From the NCBI GenBank assembly GCA_944384735.1, contig CALWUN010000001.1:30464-94463 (forward strand): 64,000 nucleotides of DNA, in the 5' to 3' direction. This document shows, piece after piece, positions 9,769 to 18,501 of this stretch (within the stretch, counting starts at the first letter, position 1; every line of letters begins with the position of its first letter). The stretch comes from an uncultured Agathobaculum sp. GTDB taxonomy: Bacteria > Bacillota > Clostridia > Oscillospirales > Butyricicoccaceae. Below the pieces are notes generated by a model, which ran no database searches, was not told where the DNA came from, and was given only the letters and a program-made list of their open reading frames with translations. Position numbers and translations under genes: made by a program.

Positions 9769-10434
9769 GTGCATCAAGCCCTTATCCTCGTTTCCAGCGG
9801 CAGATTTGTTGGAAATTTGTCTATACAACGTCAGCAGTCCGAGCTATACACGGCATGCCTTTCCCAAGCGGGCAGCGCAGGCGTACTGTATGGCGGCGGC
9901 AGCACAAAAACCCTCGCTGCACGGTGCGACGGCCTGCTGCTCGCGGGCGGCGGCGACCTGCACCCCGCCCTCTATGGCCAGCAGCCCCAAACCGATGCGC
10001 TATTATCCATCGACACGGTGCGCGACGGGGAGGAGCACGAGCTGTTTGCGGCGTTCCATGCACGCGGCAAGCCGGTGCTCGGCGTGTGCCGCGGCATGCA
10101 AGCGGTCAATGTCTTTTTGGGCGGTACGCTGCACCAGCATGCCGCCGGGCATGCCGATTGCTGCCACCCCATCCGGTGTACCGGTTTGGCGGCACATCTG
10201 CTCGGCACGGCGGGCGAGGTCAACAGCTACCACCACCAAACGGTCGACCGTATCGCAGATGCGCTTACCGCTGCCGCCTATGCACCGGACGGCGCCGTGG
10301 AAGCGCTTGTCCATTCCACTGACCCGCTGCTGGGCGTGCAGTGGCACCCCGAGCGCCTTGTGCCCGGCGTATGTGAAGATGTGGCGGGGGTCAACCACTT
10401 GCCGCTGTTCCAATGGCTGTGCGAACGGTGCTGA
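9769..10434 (+). CDS. Gamma-glutamyl-gamma-aminobutyrate hydrolase family (peptidase C26, class I glutamine amidotransferase fold)
   Basis: GLLLAGGGD, PVLGVCRGMQ, VNSYHHQ and GVQWHPE motifs; GTG start after GGAGG. Confidence 0.88.
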   Translation: MHQALILVSSGRFVGNLSIQRQQSELYTACLSQAGSAGVLYGGGSTKTLAARCDGLLLAGGGDLHPALYGQQPQTDALLSIDTVRDGEEHELFAAFHARGKPVLGVCRGMQAVNVFLGGTLHQHAAGHADCCHPIRCTGLAAHLLGTAGEVNSYHHQTVDRIADALTAAAYAPDGAVEALVHSTDPLLGVQWHPERLVPGVCEDVAGVNHLPLFQWLCERC

Positions 10435-10440
10435 AACGGC

Positions 10441-10468
10441 AAAAGGGCGGGTTTTCACCCGCCCTTTT
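10441..10468. terminator. Intrinsic terminator hairpin
   Basis: AAAAGGGCGGG-ttttca-CCCGCCCTTTT just after the C26 stop. Confidence 0.75.
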
Positions 10469-10677
10469 GAGGCTATCGATTGAAACCACGCTTCCAATCG
10501 AATCAGTTGTATCAAAAAAGCGGGCAAAGCTCGCTTTTTTGATGCCGCTCACAGAGCGGCTGAACTATGCGCGAAACCGCATTTTATCGCCGCACAGCGG
10601 CGAAATGCGGTTTCACGGGCTACGGCCTGCGGCGCGGCAACTTTATCGGCAAACTGAAGTGCGTGTTTCACCCGCCC
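10465..10677. repeat. Multi-hairpin intergenic element (MITE/REP-like)
   Basis: Three strong palindromes (10511-10543, 10544-10560, 10573-10614), bracketed by a 12-bp direct repeat TTTCACCCGCCC (10453-10464 and 10666-10677). Confidence 0.45.
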
Positions 10678-10699
10678 GTCCACTTACTTTTCGATCCCG

Positions 10700-11164
10700 C
10701 TATCCATTGAGCCACCAGACCGCCGCATTCAGATAGGCGGCAAACAGCAGCCACAGCACATAGGGAACCAACAGATTGCCGGCCAGCGGCCGAATCTGGC
10801 GGAACGCTTTCATGGCAGCCAAAACGAGCGCCAGCAGCAGCAACAGCCACAAAAACGCTGTCCCATACCATCCCGCACGGAAAAACAGCAGCGGCCAGAC
10901 AAAGTTGCATGCCAATTGCACCGCATACAAGCGCAGCGCGCGCTGCTTTTCCGCCTGCGGCACGTCCGACTTCCAGATCAGCGCGCTGGCCGCGCCCATC
11001 AGCAGATACAAAATACTCCAAACGACCGGAAATACCCACGACGGCGGCGCGAGCGGCGGCTGTATCAGCGCCCCGTACACCGCCATGCTCCCCATGGTCA
11101 GCCACGCGGCCAGTCCGCCGACCGCCAGCGGCAGACCCAATCCAACAATCCCAACCGGCAGCAC
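10700..11164 (-). CDS. tspO: TspO/MBR family tryptophan-rich sensory protein
   Basis: YGALIQPPLAPPSWVFPVVWSILY, QLACNFVW and LLVPYVLWLLFAAYLN motifs; GTG start after GGGAGGG. Confidence 0.88.
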   Translation of the reverse strand: MLPVGIVGLGLPLAVGGLAAWLTMGSMAVYGALIQPPLAPPSWVFPVVWSILYLLMGAASALIWKSDVPQAEKQRALRLYAVQLACNFVWPLLFFRAGWYGTAFLWLLLLLALVLAAMKAFRQIRPLAGNLLVPYVLWLLFAAYLNAAVWWLNG

Positions 11165-11225
11165 ACAATCCCTCCCTTTGCGGTCAGGATATGCCGTGCG
11201 GCGCGGTTTTATGCATCCTTTCGCG

Positions 11226-11375
11226 TTACAGCAGGCCGAGCGCCATCATTTCGATAATCGTCAGCGCGTTTTCCTCATCTTCCCCATCCTGTAAGGGGCG
11301 CAGCTTGGCGCCGCAGACCGGACAGGTGTCACGGTCGTCGTCATATGCCTTGCCGCAGTATTCACAGAATTTCAT
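11226..11375 (-). CDS. Small zinc-ribbon protein (49 aa)
   Basis: MKFCEYCG...TCPVCGAKL with two CxxC motifs; AAGGAG RBS 8 nt upstream, lying within the end of the preceding gene. Confidence 0.65.
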   Translation of the reverse strand: MKFCEYCGKAYDDDRDTCPVCGAKLRPLQDGEDEENALTIIEMMALGLL

Positions 11376-11377
11376 CG

Positions 11378-12037
11378 TCATAACTCCTTCCGCTGATAGG
11401 TGTGCACGCTCCACAGGCTGCACAGCAAAAACACCACGCAACCAGCAGCTGCAAGCAACAGCGCCGCAGCCAACGGGTCGGACAGTAGCACCATCAGCCT
11501 GCCGCCCCACATCTGCCATATCTGATATAGTGCATCTGTTCGCCGAACCAGTGCAATCAGCAGATACAGTATACCCACGCCGCCTACAACCAAATAATTT
11601 GCCCGGTTCAGACCCCAGCGATGGGAGACGGCCAGCATCAGGCCGCTGGCCGCCATCGCCCACGCAACGCATACCAGCAGCCATGCGCTGTCGACAGGGA
11701 TTTTTGTCACTGTATCGCTTAACAAGCGGCAAATCGCCATGCTGCTGAAACACAACACTACCGCCGCGGCATTACAACACAGCACCAGCACGTACTGGCT
11801 GGTCACCACGTTACGGTGGCCCGCAGGCATCGTCAGGCTGTATGTCTCCCAACCGGGAGACAACGCAGCATCACACAACATGCGCGGCACAAACACCGCA
11901 GGCAGCACGACCAACATGCACAGCATAACAGGACCAGCCAATAGCACACCGAACAGGGTTGCCGCGCAAACCCGTACCACCATCTGCCAAAATGGCATGC
12001 CGATACCCATCCATTGGGCATAAATCATTTCTCGCAT
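11378..12037 (-). CDS. ABC-2 transporter permease (second paralog)
   Basis: Hydrophobic; GWETYSLTMP...VVTSQY motif matching the upstream permease. Confidence 0.75.
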   Translation of the reverse strand: MREMIYAQWMGIGMPFWQMVVRVCAATLFGVLLAGPVMLCMLVVLPAVFVPRMLCDAALSPGWETYSLTMPAGHRNVVTSQYVLVLCCNAAAVVLCFSSMAICRLLSDTVTKIPVDSAWLLVCVAWAMAASGLMLAVSHRWGLNRANYLVVGGVGILYLLIALVRRTDALYQIWQMWGGRLMVLLSDPLAAALLLAAAGCVVFLLCSLWSVHTYQRKEL

Positions 12038-12052
12038 GGGTTTTCCCTCCCC

Positions 12053-12712
12053 TTACAGTTCCTTCCGCTGATAGGTATGCACACTCAGCGCATAGCAGGC
12101 CGCGTAAACCGCAAGGCAGACCAGCAGCACCGCCGCTATCGGCAGGACAGCGGGTGCGGCCGTGAGCCGGGCAAAGCCCCGGTCGAACGCACCCACCATG
12201 CCGGGCATAATGTCCAGCTTGACGATCGCGGCCACGGCCAGAATAGGCACCCATACCACCCCGATCAGGATATACCGCGACTTCTCTGCGCCGAATTTGA
12301 ACGTGATGGCAAACATCAGCCCCATGAGCAGCAGCGAGATGACCTCCCCGCAGGACAGGGCAAGCAGGTTGTCTCGCAGCGACGTCGACGGGTCGACAAA
12401 CGAATATGTCACCGTCATTGCCGCCGCCAGCGCAAACAGCGCAAAATTGACCACAAGACCCATCAGGTACTTGCTGCCGACCACCTCGCGCCGCAAAATC
12501 GGCAGCGACAGGCTGAGTTTATCCCAGCCGTAAGCCTGATCGGACCCGCACAGCGTTGCAGGCATCAAAATGCTGAGCATGGCGACGATGGTGATGAAGA
12601 ACATCGGCCCGCTCCACATAAACGCCGCGAACGCGAACACAATCAAAAGAAACAGCATCGACCGGAGCGACTGGCGCAGGTTCAGCCAATCGGCATACAG
12701 CATCGCTTTCAT
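12053..12712 (-). CDS. ABC-2 transporter permease
   Basis: MKAMLYAD start; GWDKLSLSLPILRREVVGSKY motif; about six TM segments; ATGA overlap with the ATPase gene. Confidence 0.85.
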   Translation of the reverse strand: MKAMLYADWLNLRQSLRSMLFLLIVFAFAAFMWSGPMFFITIVAMLSILMPATLCGSDQAYGWDKLSLSLPILRREVVGSKYLMGLVVNFALFALAAAMTVTYSFVDPSTSLRDNLLALSCGEVISLLLMGLMFAITFKFGAEKSRYILIGVVWVPILAVAAIVKLDIMPGMVGAFDRGFARLTAAPAVLPIAAVLLVCLAVYAACYALSVHTYQRKEL

Positions 12713-13560
12713 CTTGCTTCCTCCCCTCTCATCAGGAACAGCATCACCTGTTCGATGTTGACCGGCTCGACCGGCCAGCCCTGCGGCACGCCGTCGCGCC
12801 GCACGAGCGCCTCGCAGCCGAACGTGCCCACGCGCTTGCCGCGCACGGCCGCCGGGTCGAGGGCGGCCAGCTGGTCGGCCGTGCAACGCAGCACACCATA
12901 GGTGTCGAGCAGCGCGTCGCGCGGCTCGCTGAGCGCCACGCGCCCGCCGTGGATAAACGTGATGTAGTCCGCGATTTTATCCAGGTCGCTCGTGATATGG
13001 CTGGACAGCAGGATCGCGTGTCCCTCGTCCTGCATAAAGTCATAAAACAGGTCGAGCACCTCGTCGCGCACGACCGGGTCAAGCCCGCTCGTCGGCTCGT
13101 CCATGAGCAGCAGCTCCGCACCGTGCGACATCGCCGCCGCAATGTTGATCTTCATGCGCATGCCCTTGGAATAGTCCTTGATCTTCTTGGCGCGGTCGAT
13201 GCCGAACCGGTCAAGGAAGCCGAAAAACTGCGCGGAGTCCCAGCGCCGGTACGCCTTGCGCATGAGCGCGTCGACCTGTCCTGCGTGCATGGTGTTGAGA
13301 AAGCAGCCGTCCTCGAGCACCACGCCAATGCGCTCCTTGACCGCGCGCTCGTCCGCGATGTTGTCCATGCCGAGCACGCGAATTTCGCCCGCATCGCGGT
13401 GAATCAGGTTCAGTACCGCTTTGATCGTCGTCGTCTTGCCCGCGCCGTTCTCGCCGACCAGCCCCATCACGCAGCCGCGCGGCAGCATCAGCGAAACGTC
13501 CTCGAGTGCAAACCGGTCGTACCGCTTGCACAGGCCGCGGATTTCCAATGCGTTCTCCAT
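12709..13560 (-). CDS. ABC transporter ATP-binding protein
   Basis: GENGAGKTT Walker A, YSKGM signature, LLLMDEPTSGLD, SSH. Confidence 0.93.
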   Translation of the reverse strand: MENALEIRGLCKRYDRFALEDVSLMLPRGCVMGLVGENGAGKTTTIKAVLNLIHRDAGEIRVLGMDNIADERAVKERIGVVLEDGCFLNTMHAGQVDALMRKAYRRWDSAQFFGFLDRFGIDRAKKIKDYSKGMRMKINIAAAMSHGAELLLMDEPTSGLDPVVRDEVLDLFYDFMQDEGHAILLSSHITSDLDKIADYITFIHGGRVALSEPRDALLDTYGVLRCTADQLAALDPAAVRGKRVGTFGCEALVRRDGVPQGWPVEPVNIEQVMLFLMRGEEAR

Positions 13561-13561
13561 G

Positions 13562-13939
13562 TCAGATCCCCTCCTCATACGTCTCTGCCGCGATCGCGGC
13601 AAACTCCTCCTTTGTCAGGCCTCCCAGATGCGCGGCGCGCGCGGCCTCGGCTAAGTGCTCCTCCACCCGGCGCAGCTGCTCCTCGCGCAGCAGCTCGACG
13701 CCCACCGGCGCGACAAAGCTGCCGCGTCCTGTTTGGGTCGTGATAAAACCCGCGCGCTCGAGTTCCTCGTAAGCGCGCTTGGTCGTGATGACGCTGATGC
13801 GCAGATCCTTGGCCAGCAGCCGCATGGACGGCAGCGCCTCGCCCGGCTGCAGCTCGCCGCCGACGATCTTGGCCTTGATCTGCCGCGCGATCTGCTCATA
13901 GATCGGCGTGCCGTCTGTATTCGACAGGATAATGTCCAC
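13562..13939 (-). CDS. GntR family regulator (YtrA subfamily)
   Basis: PIYEQI...GEALPSMRLLA...TTKRAYEELE...GRGSFV; short length; heads an ABC operon; GTG start after GGAGGGG. Confidence 0.9.
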   Translation of the reverse strand: MDIILSNTDGTPIYEQIARQIKAKIVGGELQPGEALPSMRLLAKDLRISVITTKRAYEELERAGFITTQTGRGSFVAPVGVELLREEQLRRVEEHLAEAARAAHLGGLTKEEFAAIAAETYEEGI

Positions 13940-13960
13940 CGGCTTCTCCCCTCCCATACC

Positions 13961-13998
13961 GTATATACTCATTATATACAATATGAACGCTATGTCAA
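13961..13998 (-). promoter_or_regulatory. Promoter with overlapping palindromic operator, probably for GntR autoregulation
   Basis: Minus strand TTGACA (13998-13993), 16 nt, TATAAT (13976-13971); inverted repeat GTATATA-ctcat-TATATAC (13961-13979) overlaps the -10. Confidence 0.65.
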
Positions 13999-14093
13999 GC
14001 CCCTGCACCAAGTTTTTTCCGCGCATGACAAAAGCCGCCCCAGCATGCTGCTGGGACGGCTTTGTTCCCCCACATGTTCTGTTTTCCGCCCTC

Positions 14094-16133
14094 TTACGGC
14101 TGGATTGCAAAGGTGATCTGCACCTTGAACAGGTCGCCGTCGACCGAGACCGCAAAGCTGCCGCCGCAGGCCTCGACATAGCTCTTGGCGATTGCAAGGC
14201 CGAGGCCGCTGCCCTCGGTCGAGCGCGCCGCGTCGCCGCGGACAAAGCGCTCGGTGATCTCACTTGCGTCGAAGTCCATCGCGTAGTTGGCGATGTTCTT
14301 GAGTTCGAGCACCGCACTGCCCTCCCGCTCGACGACCGAGAGGAACACGCGCGTACCGGGCATCGCGTACTTGACGCAGTTGCCGATCAGGTTTTCCATC
14401 ACGCGGGACATCTTCTTGCCGTCCGCCCAGACCGGCACCTCGTGGTCAGGCATATCGACCTTGAGCGTCAGCCCGCCGTCGCCGATGGCCTTATCCTGCT
14501 CGCCGAGCGCCTGCCGCACGAGCGTGCAGGCGTCCAGCCGCTCGCAGATGACCTGCTCCGCGCCCGACTGCACCTTGGAGATGTCAAACAGGTCGCTCGT
14601 CAGGTTTTTGAGCCGCAGCCCCTTCTGATAGATGATCTTGGCGTAGTCGTTGGCCTCCTCGGGCGTCAGGTGCTCCTGACAGAGCAGATCGGAGTAGTTA
14701 AGGATCGATGTCAGCGGTGTTTTGAGGTCGTGGCTGACGTTGGTGATGAGTTCCGACTTCATGCGCTCGGCGCGCACCTCATTTTGCAGCGCAAGCTGCA
14801 TGCCGTCGCCCAGCGAGTTGATGTCGTCCGCCATCGCGGCGAACACGCCTGCGGGCATATCGGTCAGCTTGTAGGTCAGGTCGCCGCCGCGCAGGCGCTT
14901 AAGCGCGTCCACGACGCGGTCAAAGCCGTCGATGCGCCGGATAAGAAACCAGATAGCTGCATAAACCCATGCGATGCCCATCAGAAAACACAGCCCGAAG
15001 ATCAGCGAAACACCCAAAAGCCACGCTAAAAAGGCTAACACGACCGAATAACCTAAGAACAGCATCAGCACCTTACGGGTCTTATAATTCTGAAATGACT
15101 TTTGCCACAGGTTGTCTTTGCCGCGGCTGACACCATCCCGCAGCGCCTTGCAGCGGTCGATGCCCCAGCGGCAGATGCGCTTTGCCGTGCGCCAGCACCA
15201 GCGGACAGCGCGCAGGAGGAACGACCGCTCGACGAACGTGCGGTTTTTCAGGTTGCGCACGAGGGAAAGCGACAGCTCGACTGCCAGCGCAAAAGCACCG
15301 GCAAACAAAATAATGCTCGGTGCAAGCAGCCACCACATTCCGCCCATTTCCTGCTGCTGCATTCCTTCAAATATCACATAAAGATTGAACGCCCCAGCTG
15401 CAATCGGCAGTCCAAACAGCAATAGCAGATTCAGTTCTACAAACAGGCGGTCGATGGTGAAGAGATGAACCGTTTCATCCCCATCCGCGCGTCCAGTAAC
15501 AAACAGTAGATAAATATACCCTGCTACTGCTATCAAGCACAGAACGACAAGGTTCTGCAACAACCCTATTAAAGCGCTGCGCTGCGCCGACCATTGCTTG
15601 GCATACTCTGCCGACTGTGCCTCTGTGATTTGAACAAAAATCACGCTATTTTCCGGCACTTGCTCCTCCTGATACAGCCCTGTTGCAGGATCTTCATAAG
15701 AATAACTAAACGGCATGAAGCCACCATTCCCACTATAATACAGAGTGCCGTCCGCACGCGCAACAATAAAGAACATGGAGGATGCCGCCTCTTCTTCTGT
15801 CAAATCGCTGTTTTTCAGCACACGGTCACCCATACGCGCATAATAATCGCCTATAAACTCCGCCCCGTTAAACCTTCGGTTAAAATCCTCCTGATCTATC
15901 CCCTCATGCAGTGCATAATCCAAATCCGCCATCATTGAATTAACCATGCCATAGAGCAGTTGGGAATCTGAAAACTTGTCCTCCAGACGGTAAACCAGTT
16001 CGCCGTTATTCGACCAACGGAGCATATCCATGATCCCTAACTCCGCCTGCGCAACCGCACCCACCGTACAGCCGACAACAATCAAAAACGCAACTAACTT
16101 CGCTGCCGCACTCCGGAAAATCTTTTTTGCCAT
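14094..16133 (-). CDS. Membrane sensor histidine kinase
   Basis: Multiple TM segments, HAMP-like linker, NVSHDLKTP H-box, NLIGNCVKY N-box, GSGLGLAI G-box. Confidence 0.93.
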   Translation of the reverse strand: MAKKIFRSAAAKLVAFLIVVGCTVGAVAQAELGIMDMLRWSNNGELVYRLEDKFSDSQLLYGMVNSMMADLDYALHEGIDQEDFNRRFNGAEFIGDYYARMGDRVLKNSDLTEEEAASSMFFIVARADGTLYYSGNGGFMPFSYSYEDPATGLYQEEQVPENSVIFVQITEAQSAEYAKQWSAQRSALIGLLQNLVVLCLIAVAGYIYLLFVTGRADGDETVHLFTIDRLFVELNLLLLFGLPIAAGAFNLYVIFEGMQQQEMGGMWWLLAPSIILFAGAFALAVELSLSLVRNLKNRTFVERSFLLRAVRWCWRTAKRICRWGIDRCKALRDGVSRGKDNLWQKSFQNYKTRKVLMLFLGYSVVLAFLAWLLGVSLIFGLCFLMGIAWVYAAIWFLIRRIDGFDRVVDALKRLRGGDLTYKLTDMPAGVFAAMADDINSLGDGMQLALQNEVRAERMKSELITNVSHDLKTPLTSILNYSDLLCQEHLTPEEANDYAKIIYQKGLRLKNLTSDLFDISKVQSGAEQVICERLDACTLVRQALGEQDKAIGDGGLTLKVDMPDHEVPVWADGKKMSRVMENLIGNCVKYAMPGTRVFLSVVEREGSAVLELKNIANYAMDFDASEITERFVRGDAARSTEGSGLGLAIAKSYVEACGGSFAVSVDGDLFKVQITFAIQP

Positions 16134-16834
16134 TATACTTGCTCGCTCCTCTCTATCTTATAGCCCACGCCCCAGACCACTTTCAGGTAGCGCGGCTCCT
16201 TGGGGTTGATCTCGATCTTCTCGCGGATATGCCGCACATGCACGGCGATCGCGTTGTCCGACACCGCCTCCTCATTCCACACCTGCCGGTAGATTTCCTC
16301 GGTCGAGAACACCTTGCCCGGGTGACGGCACAGCAGCTCAAGGATTTTATACTCCAATGGTGTCAGGCGCACGGCTTCGTCGTCCACCGTCACCGACTTG
16401 CTCTCGGTATCGAGCACCAGCCCGCGAATGGCGATCTGCTTTTCGGTCACCTGCATCGCGCCCAGCTGCGTGTAACGCCGCAGCTGGCTCTTGACGCGCG
16501 CGACCAGCTCGGACGGGTTAAAGGGCTTGGTGACATAATCGTCCGCACCCGCCGTCAGGCCGAGGATTTTGTCCGCGTCCTCGCTCTTGGCCGACAGCAG
16601 GATGACCGGAATATTCTTGCTCTCGCGCACCTTGAGCAGCGTCTTGATGCCATCCATCTCGGGCATCATAATGTCAAGCAGCAGCAGGTGCACCGGCCGC
16701 GTCATCACCACGTCAAGCGCTTCCAGACCGTTATAGGCCTTTTCGACCGCGTAACCGTCCGCCCGCAGAAAAATGGCAATGCTCTCCACGATCTCCTTGT
16801 CGTCGTCCACCACCAGTACCGTCAGTTTATCCAT
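16133..16834 (-). CDS. OmpR family response regulator
   Basis: VLVVDDD, LLDIMMP, GADDYVTKPF and winged helix (VWGVGYK); ATG 16834 after GGAGGAGG. Confidence 0.93.
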   Translation of the reverse strand: MDKLTVLVVDDDKEIVESIAIFLRADGYAVEKAYNGLEALDVVMTRPVHLLLLDIMMPEMDGIKTLLKVRESKNIPVILLSAKSEDADKILGLTAGADDYVTKPFNPSELVARVKSQLRRYTQLGAMQVTEKQIAIRGLVLDTESKSVTVDDEAVRLTPLEYKILELLCRHPGKVFSTEEIYRQVWNEEAVSDNAIAVHVRHIREKIEINPKEPRYLKVVWGVGYKIERSEQV

Positions 16835-17073
16835 GGCGTCCCCCTCCTCCATGCTTCTATGATAGCAAAGGTTTCTGTTGAATTTATTCATAAAATTCTT
16901 AAGATTTTCTGTTGTTCCAGCTGCCTCATCCGATGCACAAGATACCCGTCCCGGCGTTCGGCACACCTGTCTTGCCCGGCGCGTCGCTCGGGGCAAGCCA
17001 TACCCATTCTATCACAACTTACCCGGAACGCAAGGGCAACCGACAGGCATGGTATTTTGTGCTTTCCATGCGC

Positions 17074-17115
17074 AAAGGGCGCGCTGCCGGCGATATGCCG
17101 GCAGCGCGCCCTTTT
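17074..17115. terminator. Strong GC-rich terminator at the distal end of the long minus-strand CIS gene run
   Basis: AAAGGGCGCGCTGCCGGC-gatat-GCCGGCAGCGCGCCCTTTT. Confidence 0.8.
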
Positions 17116-17179
17116 ATGCTCCAACGCTTTATTTCGATCATGCACGCCGCGTCCTGCGGAATGATCTGGTTCGATTGTG

Positions 17180-18415
17180 TCATCCTCCGTCCGATAAGAT
17201 GTATATCTTAGCCGTCCGCACACCGAAATTATTGGCTTCCGTCCCTGTCATAAAGAACAGGTCGATGCGGTTTCCCTTGATCAGGCCGCCGGTATCCTCC
17301 GCAAGTCCCGGACCATAGCTCCAGCTTGTGCCGTCCTCGGCCACAACAAACACCCGCGAACCCAGCGGGATCACCGATGGGTCGACCGCGATCGTGCCGT
17401 ATTGGGTGGTGGTGCCCGTCGCGGTGATCAGCCCGCCCTCTTCCAGACGATGGTACGCGGTCGCCTTGACCGTCAGCACGCTGGAATAGGACTGTGTCGT
17501 CCTGTCCGGCAGGGTGATCTTTTTACCCGCAGTATCCACCGAAACGTCGGTCGGTGCCGACCAGACTTCATCCTTGCCCTCGGTCGACAGTGTTCCGCTC
17601 ACCGCATCCAGCGTACTGTCCGTACCGCCGGATGCACCGGCCGCTTGGCCGGATGCCTGCTGTCCGGGGAAAATCACGCCCTCATCCCATGCCATTTCCT
17701 GCTGCGGCGTGTCGTCTGCCGCGATGCCAATGCCATGGTCGATCACGCAATCGACCGGTTCGGTCACGACGGTTTCCGAAACGGCCACGCGTTCCAGTTC
17801 CCGGCCGTCCTGTAAGGTCACGCGGTAGGTGACCTGCTTCTCCCCCTTGACGCCCGAGCGCACCAGCTTGCGCACCCCTTTTTCCAGCGCGTCGCTTTCC
17901 CGGACCAGCACGCCGTAGTCAATTTCTTCCGTTTCGGTAACCGTTTCATAGGTAACTGAAACCACCGTGACCGTCGCGTCCTGCGTCAGCCTGACGTTCA
18001 GATCCGGCGTGACCAGTTCGTTCCCGTCCAGCGTGATCCCATTGGACAGCAACAGCTCTTCCACCGTACAGGGGGAAAAGGGCACCGACTGGGTCTGTCC
18101 ATCATAGGCGATGGTGGCGTACAGCGTATCCCCCAACGTCAGGTAGGTTTTGCCCTCCGATTCGTACTGTTCCCGCACGATCTTCCCTTCAAACCCGGCC
18201 GCCTGACAGGCCTCGTCCACCGTGCCCGGATAGAGCCGCACGGTTTTCTGCTGCGCCCCGTCGGTGATGATATATTCATGCCCGACCCAATGCGCCGCCC
18301 CGGCCCACACCAGCACAGCTACGGCCACAATCGCCCCGATGACGGCCAGCAGCCTGCCCCGCTTCTGCCAGTGCCGGAGACGGCTGTGCAGCAGCAACTG
18401 TATTTTCTTCTGCAT
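17180..18415 (-). CDS. YabE/Sps-like membrane-anchored cell-wall enzyme (DUF348-like + G5 + 3D domains)
   Basis: N-terminal TM; TVEELL...GITL...VTP ubiquitin-like repeat; G5 (GVKGEKQVTY...DG); 3D motifs VKATAY, IAVDPSVIPLGS, AEDTGG and NRIDLF. Confidence 0.85.
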   Translation of the reverse strand: MQKKIQLLLHSRLRHWQKRGRLLAVIGAIVAVAVLVWAGAAHWVGHEYIITDGAQQKTVRLYPGTVDEACQAAGFEGKIVREQYESEGKTYLTLGDTLYATIAYDGQTQSVPFSPCTVEELLLSNGITLDGNELVTPDLNVRLTQDATVTVVSVTYETVTETEEIDYGVLVRESDALEKGVRKLVRSGVKGEKQVTYRVTLQDGRELERVAVSETVVTEPVDCVIDHGIGIAADDTPQQEMAWDEGVIFPGQQASGQAAGASGGTDSTLDAVSGTLSTEGKDEVWSAPTDVSVDTAGKKITLPDRTTQSYSSVLTVKATAYHRLEEGGLITATGTTTQYGTIAVDPSVIPLGSRVFVVAEDGTSWSYGPGLAEDTGGLIKGNRIDLFFMTGTEANNFGVRTAKIYILSDGG

Positions 18416-18501
18416 CGGTTTTCCCCCTTGCAGGCGGATATGCCCGCCCCGCGAGCCGTCAATGCGGCACACGGCGCAGGATACCCGCGGCGGTTTGCCG
18501 C

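Noticed and set aside
16835-17179. att site or tRNA marking an island boundary (also checked 61851-61931)
   Set aside because: No tRNA, integrase or matching direct repeats seen at the two ends; only terminators.
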